Below, piece after piece: positions 1 through 9,095 of a stretch of DNA of 64,000 nucleotides (its first letter is position 1; each line of letters opens with the position of its first letter). The position numbers were made by a program, and so were the translations under genes. Source of the stretch: Bdellovibrionales bacterium (GTDB lineage Bacteria > Bdellovibrionota > FAC87 > UBA2466). Below the pieces are notes generated by a model. It saw nothing but the letters and a program-made list of their open reading frames with translations, was not told where the DNA came from and did not search any database. The stretch is from the NCBI GenBank assembly GCA_005776395.1, contig SXPJ01000103.1, positions 64,695-128,694 on the forward strand, read 5' to 3'.

Positions 1-294
1 AATGATGCTGCTAAAACTAAAAAGCAACAAGAGTTACAAAAGAAGTTTATGGAGCTTCAAAAAGAGGCTGCAGATAGTCAGATGGATCTCCAGAAAAGAG
101 AGAGAGAATTAACTAAGCCTATCATGGATGAATTAAGAGCTGTGATTGAAGGTATCGGTAAAGACAAAGGGCTAACTCTTATTCTTGAGAGAAATGAAGG
201 TGCAGTTCTATTCACTCAAGGTGGAGAAGATTTAACCGATCAGGTGATTGAAAAGTTTAATTCTACTCGTAAACCTGGAAAAAAGAGTAACTAG
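1..294 (+). CDS. skp: OmpH/Skp family periplasmic chaperone, 5' end outside window
   Basis: Frame open from base 1 (NDAAKTKKQQELQKKFM...); coiled-coil then typical Skp C-terminus (IGKDKGLTLILE...DLTDQVIEKFN). Confidence 0.75.
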   Translation, partial: NDAAKTKKQQELQKKFMELQKEAADSQMDLQKRERELTKPIMDELRAVIEGIGKDKGLTLILERNEGAVLFTQGGEDLTDQVIEKFNSTRKPGKKSN

Positions 295-307
295 TTTTCT
301 ATAGGTT

Positions 308-568
308 TTATAAAACCAACAGACTCAATACTAAAATGGTGAGGGCTGCTAAGACTCTTAAGGTCCAGTCCTCGCTTAGTTCATTTTGAAGATTTTGAAC
401 CCAACTTGATTTCGTAAGTATAATTTGAGATGAAGCTCCTGATCGAGTAACTGTAGTTGACTGGGATTTCATCTGAACTGAATCTTCTTTATTTGAAGAC
501 CCGGGTGTTGCTAAGGTTGATGTGGGTGTTGAGATGATAATTTCTGTTGTTTTGTCGTCGTGGATCAC
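308..568 (-). CDS. Small hypothetical protein with C-terminal transmembrane helix
   Basis: 86 aa, GTG start with GAGGG SD-like sequence upstream; Ser/Thr-rich body, hydrophobic end LRVLAALTILVLSLLVL; last of three same-strand ORFs. Confidence 0.5.
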   Translation of the reverse strand: MIHDDKTTEIIISTPTSTLATPGSSNKEDSVQMKSQSTTVTRSGASSQIILTKSSWVQNLQNELSEDWTLRVLAALTILVLSLLVL

Positions 569-591
569 AGTTATAAACCCTCTTTAATCAA

Positions 592-1338
592 TTATCTAGA
601 ATAGTAATTTAGAATTCTTCCAGAAGGCGAATTTCCGATCTTTACATCTACACATCCAAAAAGCCTATTATTTGAAACGTAAGTAGCACAACTAGTTCCG
701 ATATTTAGACGAATTGAGTCTTGGCTCATTTGTGTTGTGGGATAAGGCTGGTAAGAGCCAGGGTATCCGCTAAAGGGGTTATAAAGAGGGACTTGAATAG
801 TTCCCGTTAAGCTCATCGAGATAGTTCCGTTACTCATGTTGTAGGTCCCTGGATTAGAGCCCGCGGCTCCGACATTATTTGAGTTTACGCAGATGTTGTA
901 ATTGGTATTGGTTTGGTTTCCCAAGATAAGAGCTAGGTCTGGAAATACAAAGGATCCGCTTCCCACCACACTTTGAATCCATGTTCCAGGGCCTGAGTAA
1001 TTAATAAAGGAGAGAGCCAGGGTGAGTGAATTGGGATTTCCCCATACTCCAGATCCTGAGGAGGTCGATTGTAAGGAGCCAGAGAACGGTGAACCGTTCT
1101 GATTTAGCGGAACCCCTCCAGCTAATATCGGGCATTGGGTTCCTTGCACAGTGGGGGTTCCTGGAGCAGGAGTTCCTGGAGCAGGAGTTCCTGGAGCAGG
1201 AGTTCCTGGAGCAGGTATAGGCGTTGACGGAGCAGGCGCTGAGGGTGAATTTTTTCCCCCACCACATCCGACTAGAAGGGAAGCGATACCTACAAAAAAG
1301 GCTATTTTTAACCCATTAAACAAAGCTGGTTTTTTCAT
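592..1338 (-). CDS. Orphan lipoprotein with (PAPGT)n tether
   Basis: Lipobox LLVGC; Pro-rich repeat linker; beta-rich Cys-containing domain; GGAGG SD; start codon overlaps upstream stop by 1 nt. Confidence 0.75.
   Translation of the reverse strand: MKKPALFNGLKIAFFVGIASLLVGCGGGKNSPSAPAPSTPIPAPGTPAPGTPAPGTPAPGTPTVQGTQCPILAGGVPLNQNGSPFSGSLQSTSSGSGVWGNPNSLTLALSFINYSGPGTWIQSVVGSGSFVFPDLALILGNQTNTNYNICVNSNNVGAAGSNPGTYNMSNGTISMSLTGTIQVPLYNPFSGYPGSYQPYPTTQMSQDSIRLNIGTSCATYVSNNRLFGCVDVKIGNSPSGRILNYYSR
1157..1215 (+). repeat. About 4 copies of a 15-bp tandem repeat GTTCCTGGAGCAGGA (encodes PAPGT on - strand)
   Basis: Read directly: units at 1157, 1172, 1187 and 1202 (last one 14 nt). Confidence 0.95.
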
Positions 1339-2093
1339 TATTCCTCCGAAAGTACTGCAATATTGTTAAAAGAATTTGTAAAGTTTCCAAGTCGTTTAAC
1401 TTGGGAATTTGAAGTGCTCATGTAGTTACGACATGGGGTGACTGTATCGACTGGAGTTGAGTATCCAGGGCATGTTTGTCCGTCAATGGGTGTAAAAGGA
1501 TAAGAGCCCCAGGGATAGGTTACAGTGCAGGTGAGTCTAACCTCTTTACAGGCAGTATCTTGAGGTTGTCTTAGCCGATAGTACAGGGCTCCGAAGAAGG
1601 TTTGGTTAAGTACCACACCTTGAGTTCTAACGACGAGATCATCGTCCGCAAAAATGATATCTATATTTTTCCCGTCGGCAGAAGAGGTTTGAGTTCCTGT
1701 TCCTACAAAAGCGTTATCCCATGCAGCGGCCCAAAATCCGCCTTGATCTTCAAAGGCGATAAAAAGCTTGCCCTGAATTGATTGAGAACGGGTATTGGTG
1801 ACTCTGAACCTGACTTTGGCATCTCCCACAATAGGGCGAGTGATATTTCCTGGCTGTCCAGCTGAACCTGTAATATCCACTAACCCAGAATAGTTAATCT
1901 TATCGACTAGGTCGATGGGAACACTAGATCTTAACTCTTCGCCGAAAGGATCCGAAGCGGGGGGATCAACCGGGACAATGGGAGAGGTATCCCCATTAGG
2001 AGGAATAACAGGTGAGTTTGAGCTCGAAGACTTGGAGCATCCCACTGCGAATAAACATAGGAATAAACCTAATTTGATAATATGCCGTTTCAA
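1338..2093 (-). CDS. Orphan lipoprotein
   Basis: TTG start with GGAGGA SD; lipobox FAVGC; Ser/Pro linker; four further Cys near the C-terminus. Confidence 0.75.
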   Translation of the reverse strand: MKRHIIKLGLFLCLFAVGCSKSSSSNSPVIPPNGDTSPIVPVDPPASDPFGEELRSSVPIDLVDKINYSGLVDITGSAGQPGNITRPIVGDAKVRFRVTNTRSQSIQGKLFIAFEDQGGFWAAAWDNAFVGTGTQTSSADGKNIDIIFADDDLVVRTQGVVLNQTFFGALYYRLRQPQDTACKEVRLTCTVTYPWGSYPFTPIDGQTCPGYSTPVDTVTPCRNYMSTSNSQVKRLGNFTNSFNNIAVLSEE

Positions 2094-2543
2094 CTTTCAC
2101 TTCCTCCGAAACAAACGTCAACAACCACACCACGAGGCATCTCAATAGAGTGTTTAATTGCTTAAAGCAAAGCAAGCCACTCTTCGAGCATTTGGGGGAA
2201 ATGCAAAGAAAATACCACTCTGGATTGAGCCTGAAATTGAGAGAAATCAAGTTGTCGCTTTAAAAAAATGTTGGAAAGTTTGACAGTATTGGCTAAAGGC
2301 GTGAGTGGGTTAAGGGTAAGGAAAGTCCAAATGAGCCTAGAGAAAGGCTCTTTAGAAGGGTTTATAACTGTCTATTGTTTAATCAATCGTAGGACTCAAA
2401 AAAGGGTTCTATAAAAATGGAAGAGCTTAAAGCTCTACTTTCTACTGGGCTTGGCCTATTCAGTTCTTTAAATAATTACTCGCCTAGGGTTTTGTTTAGT
2501 GTTATTTTCTTTAGTGAAATAGTACTTTTTTCTGGAGGAATTT

Positions 2544-2882
2544 ATGTCCTATATTGTGACCCAGCACTGTGTTGATTGTAAATATACCGATTGTGTTGCC
2601 GTGTGTCCGGTTGATGCTTTTCATGAAGGGGATAGAATCCTCTATATTAACCCTGATACCTGCGTTAACTGTGATGCTTGTGTTCCAGCTTGCCCCGTAG
2701 AAGCAATTTACGCGGAAGAAAATCTGCCCAGTAAATTTCAAGCCTATATTGAGATCAATCGTGAAGGTTGTGTTTCAAATCCAGTGATTAACCAAAAAAA
2801 AGATCCTATGCCTTCAGCCAAGCCGCTTGATGAATTGAAAAAAATGGACGAACAGGGTTACGTTCCATCTAATTGGCCTTAA
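2544..2882 (+). CDS. fdxA: 7Fe (3Fe-4S/4Fe-4S) ferredoxin
   Basis: CVDCKYTDCVAVCP and CVNCDACVPACP motifs as in Azotobacter-type FdI; GGAGGA SD. Confidence 0.9.
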   Translation: MSYIVTQHCVDCKYTDCVAVCPVDAFHEGDRILYINPDTCVNCDACVPACPVEAIYAEENLPSKFQAYIEINREGCVSNPVINQKKDPMPSAKPLDELKKMDEQGYVPSNWP

Positions 2883-2925
2883 TTAAGATTTAGATAGCTA
2901 GTAGGGCATTTGTTTTTTAATAAGA

Positions 2926-2967
2926 GGCTCATTGAAAGATTCAACTTTCAGTGGGCTTTTTATTTTT
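2926..2967 (+). terminator. Intrinsic terminator after ferredoxin
   Basis: Stem GGCTCATTGAAAG / CTTTCAGTGGGCT (with G-U pairs), 6-nt loop, followed by a T-rich tract. Confidence 0.8.
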
Positions 2968-3118
2968 CATTGCGATAAAAGTCCATTTTTTGTCAGATAA
3001 TCGTCAATGGTTTTTACATTATTCTTAGGGGATTCAAGGGTTCTGTATTCTGTGTTTTACAAATGATAAGTGACCGCATTCTAAAGGTTTAATCTGATAA
3101 ATTAAGAAGTATCTCACC

Positions 3119-3134
3119 TGGCATTTTTTATGCT
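3119..3134 (+). promoter_or_regulatory. Putative sigma54 -24/-12 promoter
   Basis: TGGCATTTTTTATGCT, GG-N10-GC spacing, 60 nt before the ORF at 3194. Confidence 0.6.
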
Positions 3135-3193
3135 TTAGCTATTACCTAATAGAGAACTCATTTTAAGAGTGAGAGTTCAAGCTGAGGTGTTTT

Positions 3194-3751
3194 GTGAGTA
3201 GAATTCAGAACAGTCGTTGTAAAGGGTTTTCATTAATTCTTATTTTAAGCCTAGTTTTTTTTATGCTAAGTGAAGAAAGAGCTGAGGCACGTGGACGTAG
3301 GGGATCCTTACTTCGAAGAGCCTTTTTCGGAAGAGAATTTAAACCGGCTTCTAAAAGAAAGGGAGCCCGTTGTTGCTCTCGTGCTAATCGATTGGGTAGA
3401 GACAAACAGAAATTTAATCGTTTTGATGATTTCGATCGTTTGGCTTTAGCTAGACAAGCGGTTGATCCATTTTCAAGTTTAGCTCTAGATCCTACGGGAG
3501 ATATCTCTCGCCTAGGGGGATTGGAAGGGCTTCGTGAGCTTCAAAGGATTGGAACTAGTAATATCGCTGTGAATGAACGGGGAGAGTTTTTTGAACAGTT
3601 AAATAGTGATTCCCTGAGTACCGATAGGCCGCTTATTTTTAACGACGGGAAAATTCTGGGAGGATCTGTAGTTCCTCTTAGAGATGACACTCTCGAGCAG
3701 GTACGACTTCTCAATGCGTCTAATAGTCTGCGATTTTTGGGACGTAGATAA
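3194..3751 (+). CDS. Exported hypothetical protein with Arg-rich mature N-terminus
   Basis: Hydrophobic signal peptide ending AEA; RRGSLLRRAFFGR; shares motifs with the N-terminal part of the next ORF; GAGGTG SD. Confidence 0.65.
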   Translation: MSRIQNSRCKGFSLILILSLVFFMLSEERAEARGRRGSLLRRAFFGREFKPASKRKGARCCSRANRLGRDKQKFNRFDDFDRLALARQAVDPFSSLALDPTGDISRLGGLEGLRELQRIGTSNIAVNERGEFFEQLNSDSLSTDRPLIFNDGKILGGSVVPLRDDTLEQVRLLNASNSLRFLGRR

Positions 3752-4071
3752 TAAAATACCTTGGAATTTTTATTATGCCAGTGTCCTAATACAACTTGCT
3801 GATTTGCAAAAGTAACCCGCCGTTATTTCTCCTCCTAAGGTGTAATCTTCATCTTTAGACTATTTGTATTATATGCTTTCTTATGAAAACCAACTCTTTA
3901 CTAATCAGCATAAAAAATATTGAAAAAATGTAAAAATGGGTTCTGATTTTATCTCTGTAAATAATTTAGACAGTATTCCTAAGGTATTAAATTCACATTA
4001 AGAATTATCTATTCTAACTAAGAGGCCTGAACCATTTCTGAATTATACTGAATACAGATTAGCTTCGATTT

Positions 4072-4087
4072 TGGCCTTCTACATGCA
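4072..4087 (+). promoter_or_regulatory. Putative sigma54 -24/-12 promoter
   Basis: TGGCCTTCTACATGCA, GG-N10-GC spacing, about 60 nt before the ORF at 4147. Confidence 0.45.
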
Positions 4088-4146
4088 TTTATTCTAATAA
4101 AGTGGTGTTGTATTGTGCGGAGATTGAAAGATAGTGGTTTAAGAAT

Positions 4147-5868
4147 ATGAAGTTGAGTCAAAGTGGAATAATGAAAGTTTTATTAGGAATACTTATTTTA
4201 CTTCAAACGACCCCATCGCACGGCTTTTTTTTTCGTCGGCTTTTTGGCCGAAGGCCAGTTTTGAATAGAGGCGTTCCCAATAATAATTTTGTTTCTCAAC
4301 GTCGTGGTGCTCAACAAAATAACAGGGCCGGTAATAATGGCAATAATAACCAGATTAATAATAATAATCTTGAAGAGATTGCAGGATTCTCAAATCTTCT
4401 TAAAAATGGAAACGCTTTAGTAGAGAGAAATGCACGGGGTGAAGTTCGCCGTCTATTTATCGATGGTGGAGGAAATCTTTTGGGAGCCTCCGAAGTGGAT
4501 ACTGTAAGACAGGCAAGAGAGTTTTTTCTTTTAAATCGAGACAACTTTAATGCAGGTCAGAAACAAATTGTAGATCGATTCCTAGCCCGCAATGGGGGAA
4601 TCTCAAACGGAAGATTTACTTTTGATCTGAAAAATATGATTTTACCTGAAGGGGTTCCTCCTGAGAGAGCTTTAGAGGCTGCTTTAGCTTCACTTAACTA
4701 TCTTTTAAATACGATTCAGACCAATGTAAGACTTAAAATTCCTCCTTCTAGTATCAAACCTGATGGGAGTGTGGATCTAGATCTCTCCCCATTTTTGCGC
4801 GGAGAGGCCTTAGCTTTGCTCCAGGCTGCAGATTCTACTTCCGCCTGTACCGGGAAGTTTAGATTAGATAGGGTTATTTCATTCGCAATGGATCCTAACA
4901 ATTATTATAAGTTTATCAATGCTCCTAAAACTCGAGCTGAAGTCTCTCAAGCTATCGGAGTGGAAGAGGATAAAACCCGAACTTCAGGTAATAAAATTCT
5001 GATAGGAACTAACCGAGATGGAGAGTTCGAATCTGGAGTGACCCGAAATCTTCGAGTCCTAGAGGTTCAATCTAGCCAAAGAGTTCCTGGGAGCTCCTGT
5101 TACCGTAGTTTAGATGTGATCGATCGAAATGCTCCTGGAGGGCAGTCCGCTTCAAGAGACGTTCGTCAGAAAGGGATATTTTTTACCCATGATGCTGAGG
5201 AGTGGCTTTGTTTAGGCAGAAACGGGATGATGCAGGGATTTCTATTTAACGCAAAAGGGGATCTTTTAGCTCGAGCTCCTGCAGAAATCGCAACCGGGGC
5301 TCTAGGCACTGTAGGCCCTGCCATTTCAGCAGTAACCGCATGTCTTGATTGTCATGCTAATGGTTTTATTGGAGGGGGCGCCATTAAAGATGGTGGAGGT
5401 AAGACTTATACCGATCGTTTAAATGATATTCCTAATACCGATACCGTATTTAGAAATAGTCTCGGTTCTACTTTGAGACACAGAGATTTTTTCACCTCTA
5501 ATGCTAACTATGCTCAACGAGCTCAACGTGATAGTCAAAAATTTTTAGAGGCTCAACGAGCGACAGGTTCATTTTTTAGCATTGATGGAAGAAATGCCTT
5601 TCCATTGCTACCTAAGATAGTTCGTAAATTTGATGATCCTATGAAAGCTCAAGATATTGCTAGAACCTTAGGGGTCTCAGAAGCTGCGGCTAAAACGATT
5701 ATTCCTGCAGGTGAAAATGCGATTGATAGAAATAGCTTTGAAAGTAAGTTCTGTAATTTAAGATCGGGTTCAACTCTTGAGATCAATGAAAGCCAAAATC
5801 GAGATCTCTTTAACCGTGAACGACGTCAAAATCAGCCCTCCTCTAGTGGCGGTACACACTTGCGATAA
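4147..5868 (+). CDS. Exported putative c-type cytochrome (single CxxCH) of uncharacterised family
   Basis: Signal peptide, FFFRRLFGRR, Asn-rich linker, ACLDCHANG haem-binding motif preceded by HDAEE...NGMMQGFLFNAKG...AP block. Confidence 0.65.
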   Translation: MKLSQSGIMKVLLGILILLQTTPSHGFFFRRLFGRRPVLNRGVPNNNFVSQRRGAQQNNRAGNNGNNNQINNNNLEEIAGFSNLLKNGNALVERNARGEVRRLFIDGGGNLLGASEVDTVRQAREFFLLNRDNFNAGQKQIVDRFLARNGGISNGRFTFDLKNMILPEGVPPERALEAALASLNYLLNTIQTNVRLKIPPSSIKPDGSVDLDLSPFLRGEALALLQAADSTSACTGKFRLDRVISFAMDPNNYYKFINAPKTRAEVSQAIGVEEDKTRTSGNKILIGTNRDGEFESGVTRNLRVLEVQSSQRVPGSSCYRSLDVIDRNAPGGQSASRDVRQKGIFFTHDAEEWLCLGRNGMMQGFLFNAKGDLLARAPAEIATGALGTVGPAISAVTACLDCHANGFIGGGAIKDGGGKTYTDRLNDIPNTDTVFRNSLGSTLRHRDFFTSNANYAQRAQRDSQKFLEAQRATGSFFSIDGRNAFPLLPKIVRKFDDPMKAQDIARTLGVSEAAAKTIIPAGENAIDRNSFESKFCNLRSGSTLEINESQNRDLFNRERRQNQPSSSGGTHLR

Positions 5869-5871
5869 AAG

Positions 5872-6294
5872 TTATTGTTTAATATTCTGATAATAATCAT
5901 GAAGCTCTAAGTCGAAAGGCTCTAGGTTATCGACTTTGGGGGAGTTTCTAAATTGAGATTTACATGAATAGCAACAGCCCACATTGCCTACTTTTTTATA
6001 GAGCCACGCATCGATAATCGTTACTAAGAGCAGAGAAATTCCATAGGTGAAGAAACTTAAACCTATTCCCACGGCTAGAAGGGTGATACCTAGCTTCCGA
6101 TTAAAGTCTTTTTGGCGATAGAGGTGAGCCGCTCCACAGTGTGGGCACTGATTGAATTGGAAAGATTCTTTAAAGAGTTCGGTAGCATTAGGAAAGATCT
6201 CTTTATGACAGTGAGTGCATGCCTTAAGTTCAAAAGAGGGGAGAGTAAATTCTTGGAAATGACGGCAGTGAGGACAAAAGCTTGAAAACTCCAT
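5872..6294 (-). CDS. Zinc-ribbon membrane protein
   Basis: CPHC, CTHC, CPHC and CYSC pairs plus a two-helix hydrophobic segment; abuts the upstream gene. Confidence 0.7.
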   Translation of the reverse strand: MEFSSFCPHCRHFQEFTLPSFELKACTHCHKEIFPNATELFKESFQFNQCPHCGAAHLYRQKDFNRKLGITLLAVGIGLSFFTYGISLLLVTIIDAWLYKKVGNVGCCYSCKSQFRNSPKVDNLEPFDLELHDYYQNIKQ

Positions 6295-7074
6295 CTAGAG
6301 TGAGATTCCAAAAAAAGCTGCTAAATAGAGACTTAAAATTTCTCCGGTAACGATAAAGAGAACGACCACATAAAGGAGTCCAGTAGCCGATTGAGTAGAT
6401 CTGATTTTAACAGTGCCCCAAATGGGATAAGAGAGAGCCAAAGGGCCTAGAAGTCCCCAGCACCACCGCATTAAAACAAAAATCCCTGGAGAGGAGGAGA
6501 ATAGATATTTGTAAATTTCGGATTCGGATTTTCCTTGGATTAAGGTGTATAGACCATAGGTTCCAAAGCAAAATCTTAATACGATTAGAGCTACTAAAAC
6601 GATACAGATTCTTTTTAATTCATTGATAGAAAGCTTGGGCTGAACCAAATACCAGTGACCTAAGAGCATCGCATTCATGGAAAAGCCTAGAAGTAAGGTA
6701 GAAAGGCCCGCATTGATAATCATGGGAATATGAAGAGGGTAAGGATGGGTTGTTGTGACTTCAAGAACCAGGGCCCCTAGAATCGATAAAACTCCTAGAA
6801 AAAAAGAGGCCAGAGGGGTTCGATTTCTCTTACTGACCGTAACCGAGAAAAGAATAACAAATAGGCAAGAGGCGGCTAGCCAATAGGCCGCTTCAGGATC
6901 TAAGAAACTTCGTCCAGCCAAGAGGTAGCTTGCGAGTATAAGAGTGGCAATGCCAAGACCATGATAGATAAAATAACGACGGCCGAGTTGCTCCTGTCTT
7001 AGCACCCCAAAACTAATAAAGGTGCCCCCACTGAGATAGAAGAAAAAATCAAATATGACCTGTTTAATGCTCAC
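6295..7074 (-). CDS. Polytopic membrane protein of unknown function
   Basis: About 8 hydrophobic segments; conserved-looking MLLGHWYL and STQSATGLLYV motifs. Confidence 0.75.
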   Translation of the reverse strand: MSIKQVIFDFFFYLSGGTFISFGVLRQEQLGRRYFIYHGLGIATLILASYLLAGRSFLDPEAAYWLAASCLFVILFSVTVSKRNRTPLASFFLGVLSILGALVLEVTTTHPYPLHIPMIINAGLSTLLLGFSMNAMLLGHWYLVQPKLSINELKRICIVLVALIVLRFCFGTYGLYTLIQGKSESEIYKYLFSSSPGIFVLMRWCWGLLGPLALSYPIWGTVKIRSTQSATGLLYVVVLFIVTGEILSLYLAAFFGISL

Positions 7075-7128
7075 GGTGATTCCTATTAAGTTTCTATTCT
7101 TGTGCCTGTGCTAGCGGGCAAAGTCAAA

Positions 7129-7158
7129 TTGACACCTAAATTGAAGACCCTCTAAGAT
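7129..7158 (+). promoter_or_regulatory. Putative sigma70 promoter, possibly leaderless transcript
   Basis: TTGACA-N18-TAAGAT ending 6 nt before ATG 7165; no SD. Confidence 0.5.
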
Positions 7159-7164
7159 AATCTA

Positions 7165-8046
7165 ATGATTAATGCACTTGTTAATATTAAGGGTCATATC
7201 TGTGCTCCGGAAGAGGCAAAGATATCGGTGTTTGATCGAGGCTTTTTGTTTGGAGATGGGGTTTACGAAACCGGACAGGCACTTGAGCGTTGTTGTTTAT
7301 TTTTAGAAGACCATTTAAACCGTTTAAGGAGATCGGCCGCTAAACTTCAGATTCCTATTCCCCTCACAGATTCAGCCCTTATTCAGGAAATCCATCGAAC
7401 GGCGAAGGCTTTTGGGCGTGATCAAGCCTATTTTAGAATTGTGCTTTCACGTGGAGTGGGGGAGGTTCTAGGATTAGAATCTTTCGATAATTTTAAACCT
7501 ACATGGATCATTATTTTTCAGCCTCTCTCTGAGAAACTGGAGCCTTTAAGAACTCATGGAATTAAACTTTTAACTTCAACGATAGTGAGAAATTCCTCCG
7601 CGGCTCAAGATCCCAATATTAAAACCAGTAATTATTTGAATAGTCTTCTTGCTCTTCAAGAGGTTAAGGCTAGAGGAGGCGAGGATGCTGTTCTTTGTGA
7701 TGCTCGCGGAAATGTGACAGAGGGTACGACCTTTAGCGTTTTTGGGATTGAAAATGGAAAAACGTTACTCACCGCCTCTCTTGAAGTGGGAATTCTAGAC
7801 AGTATTACTCGACGTTATATATTAGAATTGGGAAGGTCTTTCTTAAATATAGAGGAGGGATTTATTCCTTTAAATCGATTTAAAAACTGTGGAGAGGTAT
7901 TTATCGTTAGTAGTGTGAGGGAGATTGTTCCCGTAAGATCCTGGGATAATACGAACTATGAATTACCTGCCCCCATTACTGAAAAGTTGAAAAGTGGGTT
8001 TAAGGAAGTCATTAAAGGTTATATTAAAAATAGTCCTAAGTATTAA
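7165..8046 (+). CDS. Class IV PLP aminotransferase (IlvE/Dat/PabC family)
   Basis: DRGFLFGDGVYET, HLNRL, KTSNY (PLP lysine), EGT, GILDSITR motifs. Confidence 0.9.
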   Translation: MINALVNIKGHICAPEEAKISVFDRGFLFGDGVYETGQALERCCLFLEDHLNRLRRSAAKLQIPIPLTDSALIQEIHRTAKAFGRDQAYFRIVLSRGVGEVLGLESFDNFKPTWIIIFQPLSEKLEPLRTHGIKLLTSTIVRNSSAAQDPNIKTSNYLNSLLALQEVKARGGEDAVLCDARGNVTEGTTFSVFGIENGKTLLTASLEVGILDSITRRYILELGRSFLNIEEGFIPLNRFKNCGEVFIVSSVREIVPVRSWDNTNYELPAPITEKLKSGFKEVIKGYIKNSPKY

Positions 8047-8078
8047 TATCTAACACCCTATAGGGTATTAGATATTAA
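8043..8078. terminator. 36-bp near-perfect palindrome between convergent genes, probable bidirectional terminator
   Basis: TTAATATCTAACACCCTATAGGGTATTAGATATTAA; one non-complementary pair. Confidence 0.6.
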
Positions 8079-8100
8079 GTATTAAGAGCTAAATAATGGC

Positions 8101-9066
8101 TTAGGATTGACTCTTTAATTTTTTAAGTTCTTCTGTCAAAAGCGGTACCACTTCAAAAAGATCTCCCACAATGCCATAATCCGCTTTTTGGAAAATGGGA
8201 GCTTCAGGATCTTTGTTGATAGCGACAATGACTTTAGAAGTTCTCATACCCGCCAAGTGCTGGATGGCTCCAGAGATCCCACAGGCTATGTATAGCTTGG
8301 GGCTGACTGTTTTTCCAGTTTGGCCCACTTGCATGTTGTGAGGAGCATATCCTGCATCGACTGCAGCACGGCTAGCCCCGACGGCGGCCCCAATAGTAGC
8401 TGCACAGTCGGCTATGATTTTAAAGTTGTCGGCACTTTTTAAAGATCTCCCCCCGGAAATAATGATATCGGCTTCGGTGAGTTCTACTTTTTTAACTTGA
8501 GAGGCCACGGTATTGATCACTTTAGCTTTTACTAAACCGGGATCTGCATTTACTTTTTCCACTGACCCCGATTTGCTCCCTGTTTGCATTGCAAGCACAT
8601 TGGGTCTCACAGAAAACACTACAGGTATTCCAGTGAATTCAACTGTTTTGGAACATTTACCAGCATAAATGGGTCTGCGAATACTGATCTTGTCTCCTGA
8701 AAATTGGAAAGAGATACAGTCGACGGCAATTCCAGTTTTAAATTTAGCGGCGAGTCGGGGTAAGAAATCTTTTCCATGAGAGGTCGCTCCAGTCACAACG
8801 ACTGAAGGACTCTGAGTGGAAAGATACTGATATATGGCATTAGTGTAGGCTTCTGTGTTGTAATTATTTAGAGCTTCATGTTCTAGAACGATTACTTTAG
8901 TGGCTCCATGATTAACTAAGCTCTCAGTCGCCTTGCTTAGATCACCAAATCCCGGCAGGATAGCAGTGGCTGAAATTCCTTGACGACCTAACTCTGATAA
9001 AATCTCCAGAGAAACTCGTTTGACACTGCCCTCTTTTTGCTCTGCGATTAAGAAAACATTTCCCAT
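8101..9066 (-). CDS. etfA: Electron transfer flavoprotein subunit alpha
   Basis: [44 protein letters not shown]. Confidence 0.97.
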   Translation of the reverse strand: MGNVFLIAEQKEGSVKRVSLEILSELGRQGISATAILPGFGDLSKATESLVNHGATKVIVLEHEALNNYNTEAYTNAIYQYLSTQSPSVVVTGATSHGKDFLPRLAAKFKTGIAVDCISFQFSGDKISIRRPIYAGKCSKTVEFTGIPVVFSVRPNVLAMQTGSKSGSVEKVNADPGLVKAKVINTVASQVKKVELTEADIIISGGRSLKSADNFKIIADCAATIGAAVGASRAAVDAGYAPHNMQVGQTGKTVSPKLYIACGISGAIQHLAGMRTSKVIVAINKDPEAPIFQKADYGIVGDLFEVVPLLTEELKKLKSQS

Positions 9067-9095
9067 AAATTCCTCTTTTTTAAAAAAATAAACCG

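Noticed and set aside
1157..1215. CRISPR-like array
   Set aside because: Contiguous 15-bp coding repeats with no spacers and no cas genes.
1001..1369. Alternative-frame ORFs with repeats (SRNSC, EQEFL, GVPGA)
   Set aside because: Shadows of the 15-bp repeat inside the lipoprotein gene.
1996..2250. 84-aa ORF upstream of the lipoprotein operon
   Set aside because: TTG start, overlaps the lipoprotein gene in another frame, no motif.
2333..2436. Short palindromes GAGCCT-N6-AGGCTC and AGAGCTT-A-AAGCTCT in the lipoprotein/ferredoxin intergenic region
   Set aside because: Short enough to arise by chance; no recognisable riboswitch or ncRNA pattern.
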